Counted from the first letter of the whole stretch, positions 1 through 11,609 are shown. The stretch is DNA of 63,973 bases, filler included, from Asterionella formosa (GCA_002256025.1; 22 parts of 22 records of this genome joined end to end with filler, not necessarily neighbours in it), one strand, 5' to 3'. The notes: generated by a model from the letters alone, not told the origin. Made by a program: numbers and translations.

Positions 1-89
1 ACACGACGCCTAGAGCACGAAGCATGAAGGAGAAGTCATGATGATGATACCATGATTCATTCCTACATTTTGTTCTTAACTTCCTGGTA

Positions 90-194
90 CCAGCCGCAAT
101 GCAAGCTGCGGTCATTTTGCTTGAATATGCAATTTTATCTGGAAAAAAAAGAGAACTAAATCTTTATTTAAGCAAAATTAACGCAACTTGCAGG
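90..194. mobile_element. ~100-bp MITE-like element, copy 1
   Basis: Imperfect inverted arms GCAAGCTGCGGTCATTTTGCTTGAATA / TATTTAAGCAAAATTAACGCAACTTGC; TA on both flanks; homologous copy at 60502-60600. Confidence 0.7.
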
Positions 195-483
195 TACCAG
201 AGTTTTCGTCATGAACAAGGTACACACAGGTACCATACCTGTCACCTGGTACGTTAAATCTGTCCCGTTTAACAAACGTATTTTCTAAGTACAAACCATC
301 TTTTCCCAGTCGTCCCGGTCAACGAACAGATACTAGGAGAAAATACTGTATAACGGTGACGGACTAAAGACATTTATTCAGCAATGTATAAACTGAATAG
401 ACCTTACTGGTTGTATTTCTTATATTATATGCATTTATTCCGGTAAATAGCATATATTTGCTGAAATTTGAGACTGCCAGGTA

Positions 484-2827
484 CCAGTAAAAAACTGCTG
501 TGACCCACTTAAAAATTTTGGAACCGCTATGACCCACTGAACAGGAGAAAAACACGGTTTGACCTTCCCAAATGCAGATTTGTTAATTTTAAAACTTCGA
601 TCCCAATCTTGAGCATGTACGCTTTAAGGCTATGTCATTAGACATAAGTTTATAGCAATTGGTTTCTCCTAAAATATTGGTTGAAAAGTGCAATCGACGA
701 AAATATTGCCAGAACACGGATTACCCCATGTTTTGAGGATTCATTGTTATATGATATCCGCAGCTGTATACAAAAATGTCGCCTTCGATTTATTTGTTGT
801 CTGATTCATACCATATCTTTATCCCTGTCACTTCATAGTGCCTAAGTACCTTGATCACTATATACTGGCGCGCCAAGTAGACCCAAATACCATCATCACC
901 CATACACTGGAAAGGAAATGTGTACATACCAGTATACAATTTTTAGCTCATAATATGCATCCAAACTATGGCAAAAAAGATATCCACTGTGCCTTCGGGC
1001 AAGGGGGCTCAGTCTATTAGCAGCACAAACAAAGCCAGAATGATTGAACATTGCCTATTGAACATTTCTACAAATATGGAAGTGTTGAAAGCGAACAATA
1101 ATGGAAAACTACCATATGGCGCAATTTCTTGTGCTGTGCACGATGGTGTACAAGAACTTGTCCCATGGGTGACTACACAGAAAGTGAAATACTTTCTAAG
1201 GAAAATGAGATCATCTGGTGGCACCAGTACCAGCATGGACAAACAGCCTGAGGAGGATGTGCATGAAGAATCACAAGAAAGCGAAATATCTATGCTGACA
1301 ATGGAAGGTGTAGAAAATTACAGCTATAGCAGAAAAAATTATCATCATTCTTCCATTACTACTATGATTATGTCTACAAGTTCTAGTTTGCCTCCTGCCA
1401 GCACTACTACTGCATCAACTGAAAGCAGCAGCACCATTTCTGCCACTACAACCCTGCCCTATGGTGGTCGTCCAAAGGGAACAACTGCAGTAGCCAGCTC
1501 CATCATGGCAGAAAAAGTGAAAGAATGTATTTCCAATTCAGCAGCAGAATATATGAGGGTGAGAGAAGAGGAAAAAGAAAAAGGAGGAGGAGGAGAATCA
1601 CGAGTGAAGAGAAATGCACTTACCTGTATAATATTGAGAGAAAAGGAGGCGCTTGGTATTCCTCCTGCTGTCAGTATTAATTTCGAAACAGTTAGAACAC
1701 GTGCAAAAAGAAAAAATAATCAAGGAACAAACACAGCTCGCATTTCACCTATGCTTGAAGTGGAACCTTACATTGTGGAGCTCATTGATCAGTTGGGTAA
1801 AATGCGTTCGCCCATCAAATGCCGAGAGGGACTGCAACTTGCAAATTCACTTGTAAATGGAAAGTCGATAATGGAAAACATTCAAATCTGGCGTCGCAAG
1901 CATTGCTTTTCATTCAGGGATGAGCAGCAGTCAACGAAGGAGTTGGGAAAGGGGTACTGGCGAGGATTCATGAAGCGGAATGGGCTGAATGTCAAGGCAA
2001 AAAAGGTTTTAAGTTTGACAACAAACGTGCGGACTGGTGTACCTATCAGAACTGTGAAGCAATGCAAGCCGACATTTACAAGGAGATGGTGATGGGAAAG
2101 ATTGCTGAGGAGCTGGAACAGGAAGTGTGGTTCGACAAGGAAGGGGATGTGGTTGAAACTGAAGGGGAGGCATTTGGATTGCAGACAAAATATATATTGA
2201 CAAGACCAGACATGCTGCTTTTTGTTGACGAAGTTGGAAGCAACAAGGAGCAGAAATTGAATCAACGGTTTTTTGAATTGTCACAGAAGGTACAGGCCAT
2301 CAGAGAGACTGAAAGGACGCTGGAAGCTACAACGTAGCTGAACTGAAAACAATGGTGACATGGTACAAGCGCAACGGCGATGCGCCGCTTCCAATAACCA
2401 GACAAAACTTGTTGGCAAGATATTTGGAGACTTGTTGCCATGGAGAAAAGGATTCTCCATATCCAATTCGGCCTCTTGATGTTGTGCTTGTGGAAGGGCA
2501 GGAGCTTAGTAGGGATGAGGGCGATATTGCAGTGGTATTGATAGGCACAAGCATTTAATGTGGCTGAATGCATTTTTGTGTGGCCGTGATATAAATATTG
2601 GATGCGAAAATTCTTAAAAATAATTTTGCGAAAACCAAACAGGGTGATCCGTGATCATAATGGTATATAAAATTATATACAATTATAGATAAAAATTTAA
2701 TTACTGCTGTGACCCATTACTGGCAAATTTTGTCGACATAAAATGGTTCGTATCTCAGTACCTCGACCTTCAATGAGAATACCGACTGATCCGCAACCTG
2801 CTGACTCTTTGGTTAAGAAGACCTGGA
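484..2827 (+). mobile_element. Decayed pogo/Tc1-mariner-like DNA transposon (right end cut off by contig end)
   Basis: Contains a transposase remnant; motif ACTGCTGTGACCCA at 494-507 (variant ~523-537) recurs at 2703-2716, as expected for sub-terminal repeats; TA precedes the putative left end. Confidence 0.55.
968..2558 (+). pseudogene. DDE transposase pseudogene (CENP-B/pogo-like HTH plus start of DDE domain), frameshifted and apparently internally deleted
   Basis: LGKGYWRGFMKRN is CENP-B-HTH-like; frameshift near 2000-2060 into LTRPDMLLFVDEVGSN (first catalytic-Asp motif), which jumps straight into a C-terminal-like segment with stops. Confidence 0.65.
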
Positions 2828-2927
2828 NNNNNNNNNNNNNNNNNNNNNNNNNNNNNNNNNNNNNNNNNNNNTTAATTAATTAANNNNNNNNNNNNNNNNN
2901 NNNNNNNNNNNNNNNNNNNNNNNNNNN
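2828..2927. other. Artificial contig linker N44-TTAATTAATTAA-N44 (first of 21; others start at 5756, 8683, 11610, 14536, 17458, 20380, 23301, 26192, 29111, 32029, 34947, 37864, 40779, 43692, 46603, 49512, 52422, 55330, 58237, 61144)
   Basis: Identical 100-bp block about every 2.9 kb; TTAATTAATTAA gives stops in all six frames; intervening segments decrease in length. Confidence 0.99.
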
Positions 2928-4500
2928 AACGATGTAAAATAGTGTCCAATAAATGTAGGTGATCTGAAAAATTCATTGAAAAACAACCCACATCATCAAT
3001 ATAAATTTCCACATCCCCTAAATCACTAAGGATCTGTTCAATAGTTTCTTGTGCAATGTCAGATGATTGTTTCACCCCCATAGGGAGGCGTAAATATTTA
3101 TATCAACCAAATGGAGTTGAAATAACACACAAGTTTTGACTCTCCACATCCAATGCAAAAGTATAGTATTGCATGGAAACATCCAATTTGGTGAAAAATA
3201 CATATCCAGCACGTTTAGTGACGAGAATAGTTTGTATTCGAGGCAAAGGATATATATTGCGATTGATGACTTAATTAAATTCACGAAAATCTGATAGCCA
3301 TCGGACACTTACATCCTTTTTTGGAATAATAAAAGTGGGAGATGCCCATTTAGAAGCACCACATTTTTGTAGGACTCCAATATCACATAATCGTTGTAAT
3401 TCCGTTTTGAAAACTTCTAAATGAATATGAGCGACCGGATATGCTCGTTGATGACGAGGGACAGCATTTGATAATAATTCCAAATGTACCTGTTTGTGAG
3501 GATAGACTTTTAATTTGTCATCAAATAATGTTTGATATTTAACCAATATAGATCCTAAACATGATCGTTGTATTGTTGTCAAATGTATTTGTTTTTTCGC
3601 CACTGTATCAATATTTACGTAATTATTTTCAGCAGCTTTAATTTCCAGCGCATATGAAGATTCCACAATCAAAGGTGCATCGAAATATAATAATACATCT
3701 TGTAAACGTTCTCTATCATCAAAGAATGTGAGAGGATGCATAGGAACAGTCATATCCATACAGGACATGGTGTTATTTACGAAATCAATGGTTAAACCAA
3801 CTTGACGTAGGAAATCATGTCCTAAAATAACATCAAATGTGCATAGACCATTAAAGACTTGACATTTTTGTTGTAAAATATGAGCGGATCGATTAAATTC
3901 TGGTAGAATCAGGTCATATAGCATGACACTGGCATGAGATGAATAAGTACCAGCAATGGTATGTATTAATTGGGAAGTCTCGTCAGACAAAGAAATACCT
4001 TGAGGCATAACCCGTTCATGGTGTATTAAGGATAACGATCCTCCACTATCAAATAATACTCGTAGTATTTTATGTATCGGTATATTATCCACCAATTTTG
4101 GCGCTAAAAGGGACATCGGAATCAAATCAATTGATGTTAATATATCCTTAAAAGTAAAACAGGAAACCGGAATTGGTCCCTGATATGTATGTGGAACATC
4201 ATGTCGATCAATACAGTTATATATATCCCGCGTTACAGCAACAGCGGTATCCATAGTGTATTCAACCTGTAAGTAAACAATATTATTCAGGTGATGACTA
4301 ACGTGAGACATACTCAACGAGTCATTATAAATAGCATCGCCATTATCGCACATACCTCTGTGATGGCGATCAGCAATCTGCTGTTGTGTAGTGTAGTAGG
4401 GACAAAAGTCGCTATCTGACCAGCAGGAGGGTTCGTGACCACTGAAATTTCCCAGGCAGATGTATTCTCGGTAGGATCGGCACGTGGCACAGTACCCCAA
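2928..4500 (-). pseudogene. pol: Gypsy pol (aspartic protease + RT) with in-frame stops
   Basis: One continuous frame with stops at [17 protein letters not shown] (3271-3273) and STPFG*YKYLRLPMG; YIDD motif near 2995. Confidence 0.9.
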
Positions 4501-5660
4501 CCGGATGGACGAGTATTATGACCCCATGTATTTAACATACGAGCATGTGGAACAGGCACAGGGTTAGCAGTGTCAGTATGGTAGCTTTCCGTTGGATTGC
4601 TGTGTGAACCGCCTCCACGACCACCAAAATGTCCTCGTCTACCGAAACTGGAACAGCCACGTCCATTATGAGGACCAGCCATGATGCAATCTGCTCGACC
4701 ACCTTGAGTACGAGGATTCTGAAAACAATTGCCCCAAGTATGTGCACCTTCAGGATGTACCTGGCAAGGACCACAATAATCATGGTACGTACGACTGGCT
4801 TGTAGAGCTTGATGACGAACAGTTGCCTGACGATCCCATGCGCGTCCGGCTGCATTGACAATAGCACGCGCTCTTCCACGACCACTTGGAGTAAAATCAT
4901 CCTTGTAGAATTGACGACTGACACGCTCGTTTTCTTGACGCATCACACGATTGCCTTCAGCAATACGAAGACGGTTCTGTGTGATTGTTTGAAAACTGTT
5001 CTTGGGAAGATGCTTGTTTTGGTCTTTAAACGATTGTTGACTCTCGAAGTAAGCGAGAACCGAGCGAATCGATTGGTCTGAAGTCTTTGCATGATTTAAT
5101 TCAAACTCTTGTTGCCACTCATCGGGCATAGAACGGATAATGATAATCCGTATATCTTCTTTTGACAATCCAATTTGATCTTCTGGATGAGGCATTAGTT
5201 GAAGTAGCCTGTTCAAAGTTTTAATACAAGCTCCGAAATCCATTACCAACATAGAAAAGGGTTTAGATAAATAACGTAGCATCCATTGTCGTTGATGTTG
5301 AAAACTCTCATTTGGTAAACAATCGTCTAACCATAAAGCCATCGCTTCATCGAAACTATCGTAAGATTGATCTTCTGGGTGTACTTCCACATTCAACCAA
5401 TCCGATAAGGCAATGTCGGTCAAACAACTTTTAAAGTAGGAAAAGGTATCTGCAGGGCTAAAGGCACATGTGTTAGCCATTTCACGAAATTGACTCACTC
5501 CAATTAACAATGCTTCCACCGAGCTTCCATCGACCATATCTTGATCAAACGATTCAAACCTTCCACCGGTTAAAGCAACTCTGAATGTTTTGGTCTTGAT
5601 AGTCAATATATTGTAGTCTTTGATCAAAGGAATCACAGGAACCCTTGAATACATTGCCAT
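4314..5660 (-). CDS. gag: Gypsy Gag
   Basis: 448-aa ORF upstream of protease/RT; capsid-like SMPDEWQQEF and knuckle CQVHPEGAHTWGNC followed by an RG-rich tail. Confidence 0.8.
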   Translation of the reverse strand: MAMYSRVPVIPLIKDYNILTIKTKTFRVALTGGRFESFDQDMVDGSSVEALLIGVSQFREMANTCAFSPADTFSYFKSCLTDIALSDWLNVEVHPEDQSYDSFDEAMALWLDDCLPNESFQHQRQWMLRYLSKPFSMLVMDFGACIKTLNRLLQLMPHPEDQIGLSKEDIRIIIIRSMPDEWQQEFELNHAKTSDQSIRSVLAYFESQQSFKDQNKHLPKNSFQTITQNRLRIAEGNRVMRQENERVSRQFYKDDFTPSGRGRARAIVNAAGRAWDRQATVRHQALQASRTYHDYCGPCQVHPEGAHTWGNCFQNPRTQGGRADCIMAGPHNGRGCSSFGRRGHFGGRGGGSHSNPTESYHTDTANPVPVPHARMLNTWGHNTRPSGWGTVPRADPTENTSAWEISVVTNPPAGQIATFVPTTLHNSRLLIAITEVCAIMAMLFIMTR

Positions 5661-5855
5661 GTTTGTTGTCTTCTAATTCGACTCTTTTTGAATTCAAAGT
5701 GAAGTATCTAACTAGAAGTAGTAGTATTTATTGAATATATGAGCTTATTAATTAANNNNNNNNNNNNNNNNNNNNNNNNNNNNNNNNNNNNNNNNNNNNT
5801 TAATTAATTAANNNNNNNNNNNNNNNNNNNNNNNNNNNNNNNNNNNNNNNNNNNN

Positions 5856-6819
5856 TGGCCATCCAATCTTTGATCTCGACATAAATGGCAACGAGTGCGA
5901 GCAGGATGTGCGGCCATCTCCTGTTAATCTCTTTGAGGATGCCGCTTGTCAGGATTGGCATGAAATTCGCACCCGCCAGATCCAGACTGGTGACTGCACA
6001 AAAGACGACATAACCTTTGAGTTAACACCTTACGGACTCAAGGCGTACTATCCATGGTGGGACGATAATTGTCTACGTCCCACCATTCAAATGCCTGGCC
6101 TTGGTGAATTTATCCTGGTTTGGTTGGAGGTTCATGTTCGTTCGGAACATGTATTGGATGGCCGTCGGTTTGACGCCGAGCTGCAATTCGTTCACATGGG
6201 GGGTACAAATAACACGGAAATGGCCATTGTTAGCGTCTTGATAGACGCCTCGGCTAGAACCGACCATGACGACTTTCAGTGGATGCTCAATCAGTGGACG
6301 GACGAGCTCAGTACGCAAACGAATCGATGTGCCCCGACGAATGGAACTCGCTTGCGGAAACGAGTGCTCGAGCGAGCGACCCGGAAGCAACAGGCACACA
6401 GGTCTGCCAGCAGCTGGGAGCCAAATATTCAGCGTCGCGCCCAAAACTGCAAACCCGACAAGTTTGGCCGGGGATGCGAACCCCTGGAACCTCGAACGCG
6501 CATGTACCCTTATTCGATGTGGCCCAGTATTTGGTATTTTTCCTATCAAGGCAGTATTACCCAGCCACCCTGTAGCACCATTGTACACTGGCGCATCATC
6601 GACGAACCCATGTACATTTCGAGACGGCAATACAAACAACTCACGCCCTTGATTACGGCGTTCAAATCTCTGGCCTGTGATGGTAATGTAACATTGACTT
6701 CACCAAGGGGGGAAAACTTTCGACCCTTGCAACAACCTTCCAGAAGGACAGATCAGCCCGTGGCGCATTGTCGGATTGACAATTTTGGTTTTGACGTCTT
6801 TGCGGTAGGAGCAACGTAA
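5856..6819 (+). CDS. Alpha-carbonic anhydrase-like protein (5' truncated), Zn ligands partly substituted
   Basis: Alpha-CA motifs in the correct order: RPSPVNL, SEHVLDGRRFDAELQFVH, YQGSITQPPC, VHW, NFRPLQ. Confidence 0.9.
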
Positions 6820-7068
6820 AAGTGACAAACAAGGAACATGCTTTGTTTGCGTGTGCTGTATCGCTGGTGAAGTTTTTGTTTTCATTGCAGGTGTTGCTTG
6901 GAAGGACTCATTTTTTCCGGATTTGCATACATAAATTCTTAAACTTATTAGCAAGTTTTTTAATTAGATTTTTACAATTAGGACATGATCTAGCGGTAGT
7001 GCATTCCTACAAAGTAAACCAAAGGAAGAAGAAATAATTGATGATGAAAATCAATGTACGTCCTGCTA

Positions 7069-8571
7069 TTACTTCCATATTTTGAGAGTTTTGTCGTAAC
7101 CACTTGTGACAACCCCATCTCTTAGCACATCAATTCCCATGACTTTCCCTTCATGTCCGCGAAGTGTTGAGAGCATCACCCAATCGCGAGTGGACCAGAG
7201 CTTCGCCGTGCCATCAAAAGAACTAGATGCCAAGTACTCTCCATTTGTACCCGGGTGTGAGAAGCGAAGCTGTGAAATTAAATTAGAATGAGCTGGAATG
7301 GATGCTAGTGACTTGCGTTTTCGCAAATCCCAAATCTTAATAGTTCCATCGTCTCCTGCCGTTGCCAAGTGAAGCCCATGGGGGGCGTATTCCGCACAGA
7401 GAACACGTTTAGCATGGCCCACAAAATGGCAAATGGATTTGCCGGTCCGAAGATCCCAGTTATGCGTTACTCCAGCAAAGTCAGTTGTGGCTACTAAGCT
7501 GCCATCCGGATGAAAACCTATCCCATAAACTTCCTTCCAGTGACCATCTTGCAAAAGCAACTGAACCCCAGTGGCTCCGTCCCACAGACGCCAACTATGA
7601 TCAAAACTGGTGGTACCAATGTAGGCTCCTGTGGGATGAAATGCCACATTGGACAAACGTGCCTCATGACCTATCAAATGAGCCACTTGAACTGCCTGAA
7701 ATGACTCGTCGCATTTTGTAACTTTCCACAGTTTGGCGGTCAAATCAATGGATGCCGTGGCAGCCAAGATTTGACTAGCACTTCCGTCTGGAAGAGGTTG
7801 CAACGCCATATTCATAATACGATCTTCATGTGCCATGGTTCTTTTTCCAAGGAGGCTCAATTCGTTTCCATTCCACATTTGCATGGTACCGCTCCAACTT
7901 GCCGTGCAGATGAGCGGAATACCTCCCACAGGATGGTTGGAAGTGCACACTGCAGATAGAGCACGCTCATCGCCGTACTGAGATCCTTCCAACGCCATGT
8001 TTGAAATACATTTGTATAGCTTTTCGCAGTCCTTGTCAAGAAGCGAGACATGCGCCTCGTCTGTTGTTTCCTCCTCGTCCATAGCAAGCAACCGTCCCTC
8101 TCGAGCTCGCTTTCGCTTTGCTCCCGCTCGTCGTCTGCGTTCCATGGCCAATCTCTCCCTAGAATTTTTGAGCGATATCTGAGTAATAATTGCTCTCGCC
8201 GCCACGAGTTCTGGAAAGGCTCTCGTGTACTTTGTTTCTTGGATTTGCGGTTCGACCCAGTGGCTCTTGGTCTCCGGTGCATTGGCCTGCCTGTCCAGAA
8301 CGACATCCATCCTCGCCAACGCCATTCTCAATCGATCCCTGATTTGCGCCATGTTTTCGCCAAACAAACGAACCGGAAGTCTCATAGACCGTAGCATGTC
8401 CCTGACTTGATTCGGTAGGGTCGGCACATCCATTTGAAATGCTCGCTGTTTGGCGTCCAAGTCAAACAGCATGGCTTCGTGTTTTTGCCTTTCCAACAAG
8501 GAGTCGGCGGTGAGCTCCATGACTTGGACGTTGGCTGCCGCATGATGAATTCCTGCTGCTGTGGATGCCAT
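7069..8571 (-). CDS. PRP4: U4/U6 snRNP protein Prp4 (SFM motif + WD40 repeats)
   Basis: VPTLPNQVRDMLRSMRLPVRLFGEN...IRDRLR (PRP4/SFM motif), SQYGDERAL, WD40 repeats such as LLLQDGHWKEVYGIGFHPDGSL and WDLRTGKSI. Confidence 0.95.
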   Translation of the reverse strand: MASTAAGIHHAAANVQVMELTADSLLERQKHEAMLFDLDAKQRAFQMDVPTLPNQVRDMLRSMRLPVRLFGENMAQIRDRLRMALARMDVVLDRQANAPETKSHWVEPQIQETKYTRAFPELVAARAIITQISLKNSRERLAMERRRRAGAKRKRAREGRLLAMDEEETTDEAHVSLLDKDCEKLYKCISNMALEGSQYGDERALSAVCTSNHPVGGIPLICTASWSGTMQMWNGNELSLLGKRTMAHEDRIMNMALQPLPDGSASQILAATASIDLTAKLWKVTKCDESFQAVQVAHLIGHEARLSNVAFHPTGAYIGTTSFDHSWRLWDGATGVQLLLQDGHWKEVYGIGFHPDGSLVATTDFAGVTHNWDLRTGKSICHFVGHAKRVLCAEYAPHGLHLATAGDDGTIKIWDLRKRKSLASIPAHSNLISQLRFSHPGTNGEYLASSSFDGTAKLWSTRDWVMLSTLRGHEGKVMGIDVLRDGVVTSGYDKTLKIWK

Positions 8572-8782
8572 GTTGGTACAATCACAACTGCCTACAGTTA
8601 GTCTGGTCTAACGATCCACTTTGTATACCTGGTACTCTTACTATACATACAGTGTTGCTATGTAGAAATGAATGATTGCAGTNNNNNNNNNNNNNNNNNN
8701 NNNNNNNNNNNNNNNNNNNNNNNNNNTTAATTAATTAANNNNNNNNNNNNNNNNNNNNNNNNNNNNNNNNNNNNNNNNNNNN

Positions 8783-11609
8783 GCAGGTGCTGGGCAATGC
8801 GGTTGAGTGGTATAAATCCTTGGGATTTGTACACTGCAATCCTATTCCTTGGATGGACAGGATCAATCATCCTCTTGAAAACCTTCTTCATGATGAGAGG
8901 AACAAGAACGATGGCGATGTTGATTCATACAATTATGGACCTGATATGCCAGAACCAGCAAATTTCGAGACCTTTCCTATCGTGCGTTTGCGAACAAATA
9001 TAACTGGGAGTCTTCTTTCAGCCACTCATTATGATCTTCTTGATCATCAATTGGAAGAGCAAGCCTATGTGTACTCGATGTTTCTTCCCATTGGGGGTTT
9101 CATCTACAAGCAACCAAAAGGTATGTTCGTTTACTTTATATGCTGTATTCATATTCATTTATTCATTCACACATTTCTATTTTTGCATTCATCGCCTGAC
9201 AGAGGTGATGAATGCGAAGGCAGCTATCAGATCAGAGTATGCCCGCTTGGAAGCGCCTTCTTATGCGCTCGGAAAGCGTGCGAGGAGAGGCACTTTGCAA
9301 AAGGCTGCTTCTATAGTTACAGCAGGATCAACACAGGCCCAATCCCGAGTGTTGCAGAAGAGTGTTCCAAAGAAAGCTGCAAAGACGAGGATGAAGACTC
9401 TTCCAAGAGCTGTTGCTGCAAAAGCTGTTGCACTCAAGCCTTCTGCCAAGGCTACTCCCAAGCATGATGCTACCAAAGCCATCACATCCAAGGCAGGTGC
9501 TTACCACGCTGCGAAGTCAACAGCCAGGAGCCGAGATGTTGCATCAATGCCTGTAACTAATCCTTACGAAGAATCTGAATCGGACTGCAAACCAGCCGCG
9601 ATTCCCAGCAAAAAAGTATCGAAACCAGACTCTAAACCAGCTACCATAAACAGGAAAAAAGTATCCCAACCGGATTCCAAATCAGCTGCCACCTCCAGCA
9701 AATTGGTCTCCAAACCGGAGTTCCAACAAGTTGCTGTGCCAATAATCAAGAAACGATCGAAGGCTACCTGGCCCCCTTCTAGTTCTATTTCCAAGAAATC
9801 ACTAATTTCTTCTAAGGACAATGATGTGATTAGTCTAACAGATGATGATAGTAGTGAGTCAAAGGCAACTGCCTCAAAGAATGACCTCCTCCATTGTGTC
9901 AATCCTGAACTACCTTCTGTTGTCAATTTCGACAAAAGTAACCAGAATGTGATCAAGCTGGAACTCATCCTGTCCCACCATGGGATAAGGTCGAAACAAT
10001 TTGACCTAGCAGGAACTCTTGCTTCACGCCGAGCAATCACCACTCAAAGGCTCAGCTCTCAAGGCAGTTTCAAGGGTGTCACTAACACAGCAAATATTTC
10101 AAGCTTGCTCTATCAGGCTGATGCAGCCTACCACCAATTTTGTCAGGAGTGCTTGCATTATGCGGAACGAGTGTTGTCCCCATCGTCAAATGAAGATTTG
10201 ACGAAAAATAATAGCAAGTCGCCTCTCACTGGGAACAAGGGTGTGGAAGAGAGTGCAAAGTGGATGCACAGTTTTCAAGACCCTACTTTTGGCGTTTCCA
10301 ACAGGTTTGACTCCAAGAGAATTGTTGATGTTCAGGTCCTACCTGAACCACCTTTGACCAACATTTACAATGAGGGGCGTAAAAACATCGAGCAACAAAC
10401 CTTGATTTCTTCCAAGGAAAAGAACATTGTAAAGGCCAAAGAAGCTGTGGTCCCAACTCCACCAGCTTTGCTTAACAATATTTCTAGTCCAGTCAAAAAT
10501 CCTGTTCACTTCAGATTTGACGGGAGCACCAAGAATTATGATTCAAATACTAATGATTCAGTTCTTGAATCAGCAGCTCAATCAGAGAAAAATGCGCGTA
10601 AGGATAACAGTGGCAATGCCACTGTGGTTTTTGTTCATCGACCACCTCCAGTATTAGACCCTGCCCTCAAACCTGTGGCCTTAACAAAGCACACCACCAA
10701 GGCTAATCGACAAGGCAAAGACGAAGAAGATATTTCCATCGCCTCAGAGGATGCCTCAGATGCTGGTCCTTCTTTGGAATTTCTCAAGTCTGTTGAAAAA
10801 TCGAATATGAAGTTGCTTGGGATCAACTGCAAGGATCATAAGCCGGTCGAGAAGGATCCACATCTTAACCTCTAGCGAGATAGGAACCCAGATGAAACTT
10901 TAGGTGAAACCTGGTCTATCATCAAGCTCCCACATTCTATCTCCCTCCAGCAGGATCATGTCCAACCTGGTCTGAAACCTGTGCCTCCAACCAAGCATAT
11001 CACCAGAGTGATTCAGCATACCACCAGAGTGATTCCGCAAGTCAAAGACGACGAAGATAGTTCCATTCTCTCAGAGGATGTTCCTTCTTTGGAATTTCTC
11101 AAGGCTGTTCAGAAATCAAGTGTGAAGGAGGTACCTGCGGTCGACAAGAAGGATGATGAGGTCACGAAGGGTAGACTTCTTATTCTCCAGAAGGATCATG
11201 TCAAACCGGTAACCAAACCTGTGACTCCAACAAAGCACACCAACAAGCTGAATTCACAAAGCCAAGACGAAGATAGTTCCAATGTCTCCGAGGATGGTCC
11301 TTCTTTGGAATTTCTCAAATCTGTTGAAAAATCTGTCAAAAAAATCCAACCTACTGTCCCACCTTTCTTTCCAAAGAATGAAGTTAATGTTGCTCAAAAA
11401 GAAAAAGGTAATACGATCCCCAAAAAAGGCCTTCAAAAATATTCTATTCTCTCTGAGAATGTTTCCATCCCAGGAAAAGTTCTCATCCATGTCCCTGCCG
11501 ATGGCGAGAATCTTTTACGTTCTCCATCTACAACCACATCCTCCTCTGAAACCTCGTCTTCTGCTGTGTCCTCAACTAGTTGTGAAACCTCTACTGGTGG
11601 TGAAAAATC
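8783..11609 (+). CDS. Hypothetical low-complexity K/S/P-rich protein, truncated at both ends; intron 9121-9202; in-frame TAG at 10873-10875
   Basis: GTATGT...GACAG intron joins ORF 8787 in frame to ORF 9031 (KQPK-E-VMNAK); the frame stays open after the TAG into ORF 10981; three copies of a DxxD..SED..PSLEFLKxVxKS unit. Confidence 0.55.

Larger units (their letters stand above)
2928..5660 (-). mobile_element. Ty3/Gypsy-type LTR retrotransposon internal region (gag-protease-RT), decayed and truncated
   Basis: Protease is followed directly by RT with no intervening integrase: protease VLFDSGG, RT WASPTFIIPKKD...WLSDFRE, YLRLPMG, YIDDVG. Confidence 0.93.

Noticed and set aside
2928..3450. Reverse transcriptase as a retron/DGR driving LRR variation
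   Set aside because: The RT is in a gag-protease-RT Gypsy context with nonsense codons, is unlinked to the LRR gene, and no template repeat is seen.
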